Source: Octopus sinensis (Eukaryota). Taken from it: 64,000 nucleotides of DNA. The stretch is taken from assembly GCF_006345805.1 (NCBI RefSeq), contig NC_042999.1, positions 148,924,001 through 148,988,000 on the forward strand. Direction: 5' to 3'. Made by a program: the position numbers and the translations under genes. Below are positions 25,295 to 36,900 of the stretch, one piece after another. A model generated the notes under the pieces. That model did not search any database and was not told where the DNA came from. It saw nothing but the letters and a program-made list of their open reading frames with translations. The first letter of the stretch is position 1. Each line of letters starts with the position of its first letter.

Positions 25295-26080
25295 GGCATC
25301 CCTACACAAGTGTACCTCACTGACTTTGTTTGCTCATAACGTCCATGAAAATGCATATTTTTTAATTAAAATTTTTACAAATCTGCTTCAGATTATGCAG
25401 ATTTTGATTGTATCAGAATTTGCAATAAAAATGTTTTTTCAAGAGTGGGGAGGGGACTTTCTGAAAAATTCACAAAGGTTGATTTTGTTTCTTCCTAACT
25501 TTCAGAAAAATGGGTACTTTTTTTAAAGAAATTTCTACAAATATCTCTCATGGTATAGATTATAGTTATATCAGAATTTATGAAAAGAAAAGAGAGAAAA
25601 AAATAAAAAAAATGGTGGGCTTGTACACGTATATACTGACAAACATACCAATTTTTTTTAAAATTTCAAGTTTCATTGTGATGTGAACCCACCAATTTTT
25701 TTCCCTATTAATTTCCAATATAATCGTATTATACATAATTTGAAAGGTATTTATAGAAAATTAAAAGGCGTAAAAAGGAGACATTTGTCACCAACTCCTT
25801 ACGTACGGTCGTTATTCCCTACATGAAGAAATAAAGTCAACTGGTGTGAATTTTCTGAAACTCCACTCCCCGTCCCCAGTAAAACGTTTTCCCCCCAAAT
25901 CCTAAATTTTCTGAAACTCCTCTCCCCGTCCTCAGTAAAACGTTTCCCCTCAAAATCCTATATAATCGGAATCTACACCATAGAACGTTTCATTTACAAA
26001 TATCTATGTTCCTAGAAGCTACGAGGAAACAAATTCGGGTGGAGGAGGGGACCGAGGATGGCACACTTGAGTAGGTATGC
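25295..26080. mobile_element. MITE-like element with GGCA(T/C)ACCTACACAAGTGT TIRs
   Basis: GGCATCCTACACAAGTGT ... ACACTTGAGTAGGTATGCC; a partial copy starts at 9208. Confidence 0.6.
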
Positions 26081-26125
26081 CCCCCCTCTTGAATAGTCCT
26101 CTGCTGTCTTTAAAAAGAGAATACG

Positions 26126-26540
26126 GGATCTTTTCGGTTTGAACGGCAGTTTTTTCTAGCGGTGACATATGAAATTGTCACCCATAATTATGACCCTAGT
26201 ATCGATCTATTGCATTTCAATCTGTTTTAAGGGTAGGATTAGGGGTGGGGGAAGGGTATCTTGTTTTTCTTCACAAATGTAAATAAATCCAATCTGTTTC
26301 TTAAACGAGGGACATATTCATACGGCACAGAATGTTTTTTTTACCTCAATAGACGTCATTGATTGGTTGAAATTGCAGAAATAACAACAACAAATATATC
26401 TTACAAACTATAGAATTTTCCCAATAAAGCCAAGAGAAAAAAATGTTTTATAAACACATTCTACCAGTATACGAAGTTTAAAAGTGTTTAGTTACGTGGA
26501 AATTATTTTAAAAAAACTGCCATTCAAACCGAAAAGATCC
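26126..26540. mobile_element. GGATC-TIR MITE, second copy
   Basis: Near-perfect TIRs; 8-bp TSD AGAATACG (26118-26125 and 26541-26548). Confidence 0.9.
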
Positions 26541-26719
26541 AGAATACGTACTGGAAAAATGTAGTCTGCAATAAACTATGACTGAAAAGATGAGATGGCC
26601 ATGGCTAGAACGCCTTTGATCATAGTGCTGCTGGACGTGGTATAATCTAGGGCTAAACTATTCACTATCCATCCAGATAAATCCAAAATTCTTGATTCAT
26701 AAAACATTCTAAATTTGAT

Positions 26720-27495
26720 CTCACCTATCTGTCAGGTAAATTAAGGGGTGTGGGTTTAATCCGCCCTTTAAATCAAAAGCAGATATACTTCTTTGTGTGT
26801 GTAGTGGTGGTGGGGAATCAAATAACTGTATAAAAATGGAAAGAAAAAGTTATTTTGCTGATATTTGGATCTCACAGAGCAATTAGATTACTTTTAAACG
26901 ATTTGTCGTTAATAAAAAGAAACCGGATTTTCTTCTGTAAATGTTTAAAAATCACAAATTTAATTTTTTCGACTTAGCACCTTTTCAACGCAATAAGACG
27001 CAATTTTCTATTTGGTAAAGAATATTAAAAAACATGCCAGGAAAGTTGTTTTCATAACAAAGTTTATCAAATTGACAAAAGTAATTGAAATTATTAAAAA
27101 GAATATTAACATACATACAAATAAGGCAATAAATGTAGAAATATGAAGTAAAATTAATTAAACGACACAAACCTAAACTTTTGAAACATTCAGTCTGGTC
27201 AAAATATTGTCAACTCAGAACCCGTATCTAAAAGTTTGGAGACAATTAGTGAGTTAAAGAATATATTTATTAGTAAGTGTATCAATATAAGGGTATTACT
27301 AAAATATATTTACAAATATATTGACCCCTCTAAAATATATTCATACCTCTATATTTGAGTATTAACAATGAAAAGCATTTAGTGATATTAGATATGCGGT
27401 TTTATTTCTGAAGCTAGCTCCGGTTGTTTAAATTCCCCGCCACGAACAGGAATAGTTTTCTTTTCAAAACTCGTTTGTCCAGTTTGTAAGTAACC
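26720..27495. promoter_or_regulatory. Putative bidirectional promoter between the membrane-protein gene and CENP-H
   Basis: Repeat-poor, CpG-retaining interval between divergent genes. Outward-facing candidate first-exon donors: - strand ATAG|GTGAGA near 26724 and + strand GTTT|GTAAGT at 27486. Inference only. Confidence 0.4.
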
Positions 27496-27839
27496 TTAGC
27501 TTTAATAATTGATCTTTGAAAGATTTTTTTACTTCCTTCACTGAATTATGTTATGCTGTAAATTATTCTAGTGTTTGAATGTGCAGTAAATTGTAAACAA
27601 CCCAGGACTCGCTATTCTTACATCGCTGTTAGAATTAGGAGTTGGGGTTTGGAATAAGATGAAATGGTCATGGCTGGAACACTTCTGATCAAAGGTATAC
27701 TCGATCAAGGCTGACCAAAGGGACTGGCCTGAGCAACAATTACAACTTCAACTCCAACCCTTAAGTTTAATATTCTTCATTAATTCCTATGGCTCGAGCA
27801 TCCCTATTTTAATTTCAGATTGTACACATCCTTCTAGAT

Positions 27840-28058
27840 CAGTGGTTTTCAACCAGGGTTCCGTGGAACCTTGGGGTTCCGCCAATACAGTCCAGGGGTT
27901 CCGCAAGAAGTTACAAAACTGCTAAAATCGGCAGTAATTTTTAAGTCTCCTGTGCAGATATGTGTGCATAAGACTATTAAATTATTGCACAGGGGTTCTC
28001 CGAGCCAGTGGAATGTTTCCTTAGGGTTCCGCTCCAGCAAAAAGTTTGAAAAGCACTG
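27840..28058. mobile_element. hAT (Charlie-like) MITE
   Basis: CAGTGGTTTTCAA...TTGAAAAGCACTG with 8-bp TSD TTCTAGAT. Confidence 0.88.
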
Positions 28059-29179
28059 TTCTAGATAAATGATCAGATTTACTGTTTTATTCTGTTCAAA
28101 ACCAAACAGAATGAATCAAGAGTTGTGTTTTATCTATTTCTAGTGATGTTTGTTTACTTTTTACAAACCAGAGTTCATATTTAATTTGCATCCAAAACAG
28201 TCGAAGCTAACATTCATTAACGGCACAATTATTTTAAATATATATATTGTCACAGATAGAAAATTATTTTATTTGGAAGTTAGCTATCATCCGACATAAG
28301 TCGCATTTAAAAAATATTCTTATACTGCTAAACTTATTGTCATTCTTAAAAACTAACAGTTCAAGAAAATAAAAATAAAATGTTTCCTAATAAGCACCAC
28401 ATAGCAACTGCTTTTTCGGAAATTTATTCGGATTTCTCTATTTTAAACGTAGTTGTAAACCAAACAAATAGTTACAAGTGAAAAGAAATATGTTTCTAAA
28501 ATTTTCAATTGGTTAAGATTTTTCCAGTATAATTTCCCTCTCTAACGTACTCCTTTCAGAGAGTTACAGGTTCCTGAGTCACCACAGTGAAATTCTCACG
28601 TAGGCGTGTAAACACTTGCTTTATGCAAAGTTTTTTTATATACATATAATAATAGACTACATATATTTTCACCTGGTAAATATATAGTTTCGTGACTGCT
28701 ATTGTGTCAGTTAATTCGTGGTGGAATCATAACCAGGTTGGTACATCATAAAGTCATGGAATTTTAATAAAATTTACAAGGGAAAAATTATGTTTTTATA
28801 AATTTTCTTTTTTTCAACCGCTCATCTTCTTGTAGCTGATAACTAAATACACTCTTCCATTCTAATCGCAGTTTTATCAAAAATAATTCTTAACATCAAC
28901 CAAAATTCACACAAAGTTACCTGTGAACAAACACCTGCTCTAATTGATATACTATGGCACCTATCAGCCACAGCTCTGCTTCCTTGTGGGTAATTTTAGG
29001 AACATAAAGGTTAGGAATCGCCACCTCAGAGGAAAACAAGATGTGATGGTAAATTTTCAGCCAGTTTCTGACAGATTTGATGCCCATCTGTGTCCTTTCA
29101 CAAGGAGGAGCTACTAGTCGTCTTGGATCTCCTGTACCACTGGACCCATCTTCACAGTAGAGGTAGTGATGTTAAACTT

Positions 29180-29900
29180 TGTGAATCTCTTCTGCTTATT
29201 TCACACAGATGATAGTTCAAATTGTTGTTGGAGGCCAGAAATCTGGGCCCTTCAATTTAAGAACAGGAGTCAGACAATGCTTTTTGCTGGTTCCTGTGCT
29301 TATTAATATTTTCCTTATCATTTCCGCACTGTTATCAGGAGAATGGGAAGGTAGACGGGACAGTATTGACTTCAGACTCAACAGGAACCTTTTCAACATC
29401 AGAAAGCTGCAGGCTAGTTTGTGTTTGTTAAGCTGTACATTCAGGACCTCCAGAAGATCTTTTCAGATCACAAGAATCAATACCTCCAAAATTAACTCTA
29501 CATTACATGGGTGGGTTTGACATTTCATGTGCATGTTGGACTTGTGTTTTCATCATAGGATCCACTAAAGCTAACTATAACATGGAATTGGTTGGAAGAC
29601 CAAAGAAATGGTTCAAAGCCTTCTTTGAGAAGAAACTACACCAACCCTCCAAGAGTGGAAGATCACACTTCATGTTGCCTGTTTTGACAATTTCACTGTT
29701 GAAAGTTGGGGTGGGAGTTGAAGAAAAGAGGGGGCAATGAATTCATTTAAATCCATCAGGAAATACAAGAAGAGTTTTGTGCACACAGTTACACCTGGAC
29801 TTCTTAAATCATTTACATGTATAGTCATCAAAAGATGAACAAACGAAAGAGATGGCCATCATCAGATTCTGCAGACAACCATAATCAAAGAGAAAGGGCC
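29180..29900 (+). mobile_element. Highly decayed RTE/BovB-like LINE fragments
   Basis: SGPFNLRTGVRQCFLLVPVLINIF...IDFRLNRNLFNIRKLQ resembles RTE RT motifs. Confidence 0.55.
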
Positions 29901-30029
29901 ATATTGATTCTGAACAGCCTTAAGCAGTAACTATACTTGTGTAGTGATTGTCATTAATGTTTTCAATAAGTATATATAATTTATATCTTATGATGTATAA
30001 GTAATTTTTATTTCCCGTTGTCTTTTCAG

Positions 30030-30143
30030 TGTGGTTACCAGAAATGAAAGTTAAGAAATGTTATAAAAATTTTGTACTGAAAAACAATGAAGATATAATT
30101 GGAAATTCTCAATAAAAGGAATGTAACTCAACAAGGAAATATT
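30030..30143 (+). other. Probable 5' UTR exon of CENP-H containing a 23-codon uORF (30044-30115)
   Basis: tcttttcag|TGT...ATT|gtaaga; ATG AAA GTT...CAA TAA = MKVKKCYKNFVLKNNEDIIGNSQ*. Confidence 0.5.
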
Positions 30144-30470
30144 GTAAGAAAATTTTCTTTATTTCTTTAATTAGAAAACCATTTTTATGTTAGTCATCAT
30201 TACTAAATACCCTGCATCTTTTGATATTATTCTCACTACAGTAATCCCTCGACTATCGCAGGTGTTACATTACATGGGCAACGGACATTAAATGACGATG
30301 ATGACATTGTTACAGCTTATAATTAATATAGTTTATTTTTTTAATGTTGTTTCTAATTTAATACTTATAAGCTTTCCTTAATTTAAAAATATTAGTGGTC
30401 CTCTTCTCTAAGGGCTTAAATGTTATTTAACTCTAGTATACACATTTGAAGCAGTATTTAATTAAAATTG

Positions 30471-30709
30471 CCAGTTACTACAGTATGTCCTGTCATAACA
30501 TCTCTTATGAATGTGCAGCGTTAAAAGTATAATAAATATCAGAGCAAGTGGAAAATTCATCATTGCAGCAGCCAGCAAGAATACTTGATGCATTCTGGCA
30601 TTTTGGTGGCTGGCGTTTTCAATTTTTATCTCTCTCTGATATTTATTGTGTTTTTAACACAGCACATCCATAAGAGATGTTATCTCAGGGCAAATACAGC
30701 AGTAACTGG
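30471..30709. repeat. Palindromic (fold-back) MITE-like element
   Basis: CCAGTTACTACAGTATGTCCTGTCATAACATCTCTTATGAATGTGC... is the approximate reverse complement of ...GCACATCCATAAGAGATGTTATCTCAGGGCAAATACAGCAGTAACTGG. Confidence 0.8.
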
Positions 30710-30804
30710 CCTATCAACTGTGTATATACATTAAGTATGATATATAGATGGCTATTATTTAACTATGTCTTTTGTTTTGTCTTTTAGGTTTTCTGCTTAC
30801 AATT

Positions 30805-30943
30805 ATGTCTGAATCATCTGCTGACTCAGTTTTTTCTGAAAAAGATAAAGAACTGTTTAATGAAGATGATTTAGAGAAGTTATTGGTCATCAAATCATCA
30901 TTACGTAATCGACTGAAAGATGAAAAACTCTCTGAAAAAGCAG
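30805..30943 (+). CDS. CENPH: CENP-H exon 1 (coding part)
   Basis: Acceptor cttttag| at 30787; MSESSADSVF...KLSEKA G|gtattt. Confidence 0.82.
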
Positions 30944-33900
30944 GTATTTGTAAATATTTACTAGTTTTTACCTTGATTTTCTGCATTATCATTGTTTAAT
31001 GTCCATTTTCCTTCTATGGTTGCATGAATTAGATGGAATTTGGTGAGGCAAGTGTTATACAACTGGGTGCCCTTTCAGTCATCAACCCTCACCTGGTTCT
31101 TAGCAAGGTAGTATTTTTCCATGGCCAGATTTGGCCGATGCTGGTGTCACGTAACTGGCACCTGTATCGGTGATACATAAAATGTACCTTTCAAGCATTG
31201 GACCCCACAGAGGCAAGGTGGCCTATGCCAGTGGCATGTGAAAAGCACTTTTCATGTGTTGGGCCTCACGGAGTCAGTGACGAATGACTGAGACCTTTGG
31301 CATTAATTCAAAGCAATGTGCATAAAGAAGAATTAGATTTGGTAGATTAATCTGAATGCTAAATGGCTAATCTATCACCTGATTTAAAACTACATGGTAT
31401 TTTGGGTGTCTTTAGCAGAGTCCAATTTATTGCAAGTGTTTGGGTCAAGTCCTCTGCCTTCCTTCCTATCAGTCACAGAAGCTCTGTAAAGTTTCATAGG
31501 CACTGTCTTATCTCCTGACTAAAAGATTAAAAAGAAATTGCTAATGCCTTTCATAAAGGTATGAGCATCATGCAATCCTATTGCTCTGTCTATAATTCAA
31601 GTATCTTTAGCTTATCTCGTCATCGTCGTTGTCATCATCATCATCATCATATGTCTGTTTTCCATGCTGGCATGGGTTGAATGGTTTGACAGAAGCTGGT
31701 AAGGCCAGGGACTGCACCAGGCTCCAGTGTTTGTTCTGGCATAGTTTCTATGGTTGGATGCCCTTCCTGATGCCACCCACTTTACAAAGTGTACTGGGAG
31801 CTTTTTACTTAGCATTAGCACCAGTACTTTTTATGTGGCACCATAACCAGTGCTTTTTATATGGCACCGTAACCAGTACTTTTTATGTGGCACCGTAACC
31901 AGTGTTTTCTACTTGGCACCAGCATCATTGCTTATTATAAATGTGATCACTGTAAAATAGGAGTAAATCTAGTTATTAGAGTTGATAACTTAATTTTGAT
32001 TCTTGGTTGTAGTCATTATTTAATTCTCTTGCTTCTTTCAACCCATTTGATACCAACCTGTTTAAAAACTGTCCCTAGTTTTGGGTGTAAATTCTCTGTT
32101 TTGAAAGGATTTACATTAAAACCTATCATAATTTCATGGTAATTTATGTTAACTGTGCATCTTCTCTATAGGAAGGTGCTTGTGTATGCCCTATCATACT
32201 TCAGCCTCTCAGCACCTTGTATAAAGGTCTCCCCTCCACTCCCTTTTTTATTTTTTATCATTTCCATTCTTTTTTTGGTTTTGCAGTTTGGCAACCTCAC
32301 TGGTGTCAGTGGCATAAAAAAACACTCGGTGAACACTATAAGGTGGTTGGAGAAGGGCATTCAACTATAGAAACCAAAGCTGACACTGGAGTTTGGCATG
32401 TCCCTGTGGCTTGCCAGATCCTGTGAAACTGTCCAACTCATGGAGGATGGTGATGAGGATTTTACTAAATTCTTTGTTATTTTCACAATTAATTGAAACA
32501 AAGGTGGTGTATTTTGCCTTTGTGCTATGTCACATGCATTTCACAGTTTTATTTAACTGGCATTCTGTTGGTTATGATGACGAGGGTTCCATTTGATCTG
32601 ATCAACGGAACAGCTTTCTTTTGAAATTAATGTGCAAGTGGCTGAGGACTCCACAGATACGTGTAGCCATATAGTTTTCAGGGAGATTCATTGTGAGATA
32701 AATAAAGTGTTGTGCTTAAGGACACAATACACTGCCATGAATTGAACTTACAACCTTGCAATCATGAGCCAAATACTCTAAAGATTTCTGCATTGTACCT
32801 TATGTAAGAAACAACTACATTAGAGTAGAAATCTCAAGATTTACAAGAATAAAATTTTTCAAGTCATTTTGTTGTCTTTTTGAGCATCACCTGACAAGCC
32901 TCAGTTTGTTTCACTGGAAATAGGTACCATTTTCACATTGTTTGTATAGCGTTAGTAATATTCTGCTTCAACAATTCCTGCTCATTCACCCTCCCAGCTC
33001 TCAGCTAATTCAGGTGGTAGGCTTAATACAGTTCCTTGTTTAACACCATTATTGGTCTTTGGATGCCTTCAACAGAGTTTAGTTTGTTGCCAGCATTCAA
33101 GTCAAGACTAAGTTTTTCCTGCAAATCAACCATGACAACCTCACCAGTCTTGATGGTCAAAGTTTATGGGTAGCCACTGACCCTCTTATTCCGTGTTTCT
33201 GCTATTCATTCTTCCTCTTTTTCCGAGTTAACCTTGATGGATTGTTTTTTGTTGGAGCAATTGTTCTTACATTCACTCAGCCATGGAAAGAATGAAACTT
33301 ATATTAATAATTAGGCAATCACTCAACTGCGATGTAACAATGAATCCTATATCATAGATTTAGGAATCACACCACCTTTGATAATTAGACAGTCCAGAAC
33401 TAGCAGTGCCTTTCTTAGTGGCACACTACATTTACTATAACAAGGAATAAACCTATGACCAAGTGCTTGGTAGTCCTGCAGTTTAATCTCAGTCATTACA
33501 CCTCCTCATCATCATTTAATGTCCTTGTTCCATGCTAGCATGGGTTGGATGATTTGACAGAAACCATTGGACCCAATGCCTGCATTGTGTTCCAATGTCT
33601 GCTTGACATGGTTTCTACAGTTGAATGCCCTGTCCTAATACCAATCACTTTAGAGCAGTAGTTCCCAAAGTGGGCAGTATTGATCCCCTGGGGGTAGTGG
33701 AAAGATCCATGGGGAGATTGAAGAAAAGTGGGATGATAATGGGGTGGCCAAAATGGGGTGATAGATGTAAAAAAAAAAAATAATAGGTTAATTAGGTTTA
33801 AGTTTTCTTTGTGAAATACAGTTGTTTTGAATTTGCTGTAGAAAGTGGTCTATATTTGTAGTGGGGAGTGTTAAGGGGTCACTAGGAATATGGCCTGGGT

Positions 33901-36900
33901 GCCAAGTGGGCAGCAGCCTGAAAATGTTGGGGAACTATTTGTTGCTTTAGAATGTAAACTAGGTGCATTTTTTGTGCCACTAGCTCTAATGAAGTTGCCA
34001 TGCAACTTTCAACATCATGCCAACCCCCTAAGTAGGGAAGGGGCATATTTCTTAAGATTTCTTTAAAATGTAACTGGTTTATATATTGCTTAAAGAAAAA
34101 CAATTTTTTTTTTGTAGAAGCGACTGTATTAGAACCAGAAGCAGAATCCAAGTAAGTGTGGTCTGTAAGAATTTTTTTATTGTTTTCATTTTGTTAACAG
34201 TTACACCAAGGCCAAATTTGCCTTTCCTCTTTTTGAAGTCAATGATGAAATAAGTACTGGTTAAGCACTAGGGTCAATGTAATCCTCTAGCCCCTCTCTC
34301 CCAAATTTCAGGCCTTGTACCAATCGTAGAAAAGATGATTATTATTATTATTATTATTATTATTAGTGGTGGCGGCGGGGGTGGGGGAGGATTAGCAGAA
34401 TAGTTGGAGCATCAGAATTGAAAAACTTTGCCGTTCATCCTTTCGGGGTTGATAAAATAAGTACCAGTTGAGCGCTGGGGTTGATGTAATCGACTTACAC
34501 CTGAACTTGCTGGCCTTGTGCCAAAATTTGAAACCTGTTATTATTTATTATTGGTGGTTTAATAGAATTGTTAATGTCAAAATTGGAAAAATTAAAAGCC
34601 TTATGATATTTGGCACTTTACATTCTAGGAAGGAGGTGTCAATGTAATCAACTACCCCCCCCCCACCAAAAAAGTTTTCTGGCCTTGTACCTTTATTAGA
34701 AACAATTATTATAGTTTATGGCTTTAATATATAGCAGTGTGATTCTCCTAAAATACATCATTAATCAAGCTTATTCGATTGAGAAATAATTGAAATAAAA
34801 GTGAATTATGTTATCAAACTCTATTTTTTTAGAATCAGTGAATTGATGAAAGAAGTCACCTTACAGACTTGTCGAGAATCACGAAGGAAGCTGATGATAG
34901 AAAGGTGAGCTTTACTCTTAAAATTACCTTTCAAGGTTATGTTTTGTCTTTTATCATTGTTGTTGATCTCGCCTCCCTGCAGGACATTATTGAGCTTGAT
35001 TTGAAAGAAATTTGACTGTTATTTGTATTGACTGTATACTAACTTGCAAAGGCGGCAAGCTGGCAGAATTGTTAGCACACCAGGTGAAATGCTTTGTGGT
35101 ATTTCATGCTGGGCGAAATGCCAAGCGGTATTTCGTCTGCGTTACGTTGTGAGTTCAAATTCCGCCGAGGTTGACTTTGCCTTTCATCCTTTCGGGGTCG
35201 ATAAATTAAGTACCAGTTACGCACTGGGGTCGATGTAATTGACTTAATACCTATGTCTGTCCTTGTTTGTCCCCTCTATGTTTAGCCCCTTGTGGGTAAT
35301 AAAGAAATAGGTATTTCATCTGTCTTTACATTCTGAGTTCAAATTCTGCCAAGGTCCACTTTGTCTCTCATCCTTTCAGGGTTGATTAAATAAGTACCAG
35401 TTATGCACTGGGGGTTGATGTAATCAACTTAATCCCCTCCCACAAGCTGCCCTTGTGGCAAAATTTTATAATCATTATTACTAACTTGCAAGTCGAGTGA
35501 CTGTAAAAAGATTCTTTATTGGTTCATATTACTGTTTTGTTGTTTTCTGTTTATGCAACTCTCTTCTATATTAGTTACTGACATCCATCTCTCTTTCATC
35601 ATCATTGTTTAATGCTGGCATGGGTTGGACGGTTTGACTGAGGTCTGGTGAGCCAGCGGCTGCACCAGGCTCCAATCTGATCTGGCAATGTTTCTACAGC
35701 TCACTACTTACTCTCTATCTTAATACCTCCCAAATTCTCTTTCTAATACACTTACTTCCTCTCAAAATCATTCTATCTTTAATCTCCTTTCTGTCAACAC
35801 CTCAAATATAAAATTCTTCCCTGAAGATGGAGGCTGGTATTATCTGATGATAGAATCAATTTACAGTCATTATTTTGGGCCACCAAACCCCAAGAAACAG
35901 CTGTTGGACTTGTAATACTCTTTTCCAACCCTTTTAATTCCTATCTTTTCTAGTCTAGCATGGATAACAGATGTTAAATGATGATAATGAGGATTTAACT
36001 TGTATTTTTCAGAGTGCAAATTGGTCAGGTATTGATTGAAAATCTCTTTGAGAAAGATGAATCCACTGATGTCAAAGTTAGGTAAGCTTGAAATATATTT
36101 GTTTGAATAAATGCACATTTGTTTTCTTTCTCTCCCTCTCTTTTCATAAATATATTTTATGATGAATTTAATACTTTTTAAAACAAATGTTTATAATATT
36201 CATTTGTTGTCTTTGTAGCAAAGAATTAGAATCAGTTTTGGAAAAACAACGTAAACTATCAGTAGATATTCTGAAAAAACATAAGGTAATTTTCTTTTGC
36301 TTTTGTTTTGTTTTCACTTCTGGATTTTTTTTCTTCAGGTGTTTCTACTGTCATCATCTTCATCATTTAAAAAGTCTGTTTTCCATGTTGGCATGGGTTG
36401 GACGGTTTGGCAGGACCTGGCCAGCTGGAGAGCTGCATCAGGCTCCAATTGTTTGTTTTGGCTGGATGCCCTTCCTAATGCCAACCACTTTTAATGAGTG
36501 TACTCTTTCACTTGTTTCAGTCATGTGACTGTGGCCATGCTGAAGCACCACCTTTAGTCAAGCAAATCGACCCCAGGACTTATTCTTTGTAAGCCTAGTA
36601 CTTATTCTATCAGTCTCTTTTGCCGACCCGCTAAGTTACGGGGACGTAAACACACCATCATCAGTTGTCAAGCAATGTTGCGGGGACAAACACAAACACA
36701 CATATATATACATATATACGATGGGATTCTTTCAGTTTCCCACTTTTTGTGTGGGACCAGCTTGGGTGCCTTTTACATGGCACCAGCACAGGTGCTTTTT
36801 ATGTGGCACCAGCATAGTAACTATCTGTTTTCAGGAAGCATAAATTATGTTTTGTTGCAGTGTAGATATCCATTTTTATATTCTTGGCCAAGTTGTTCTT

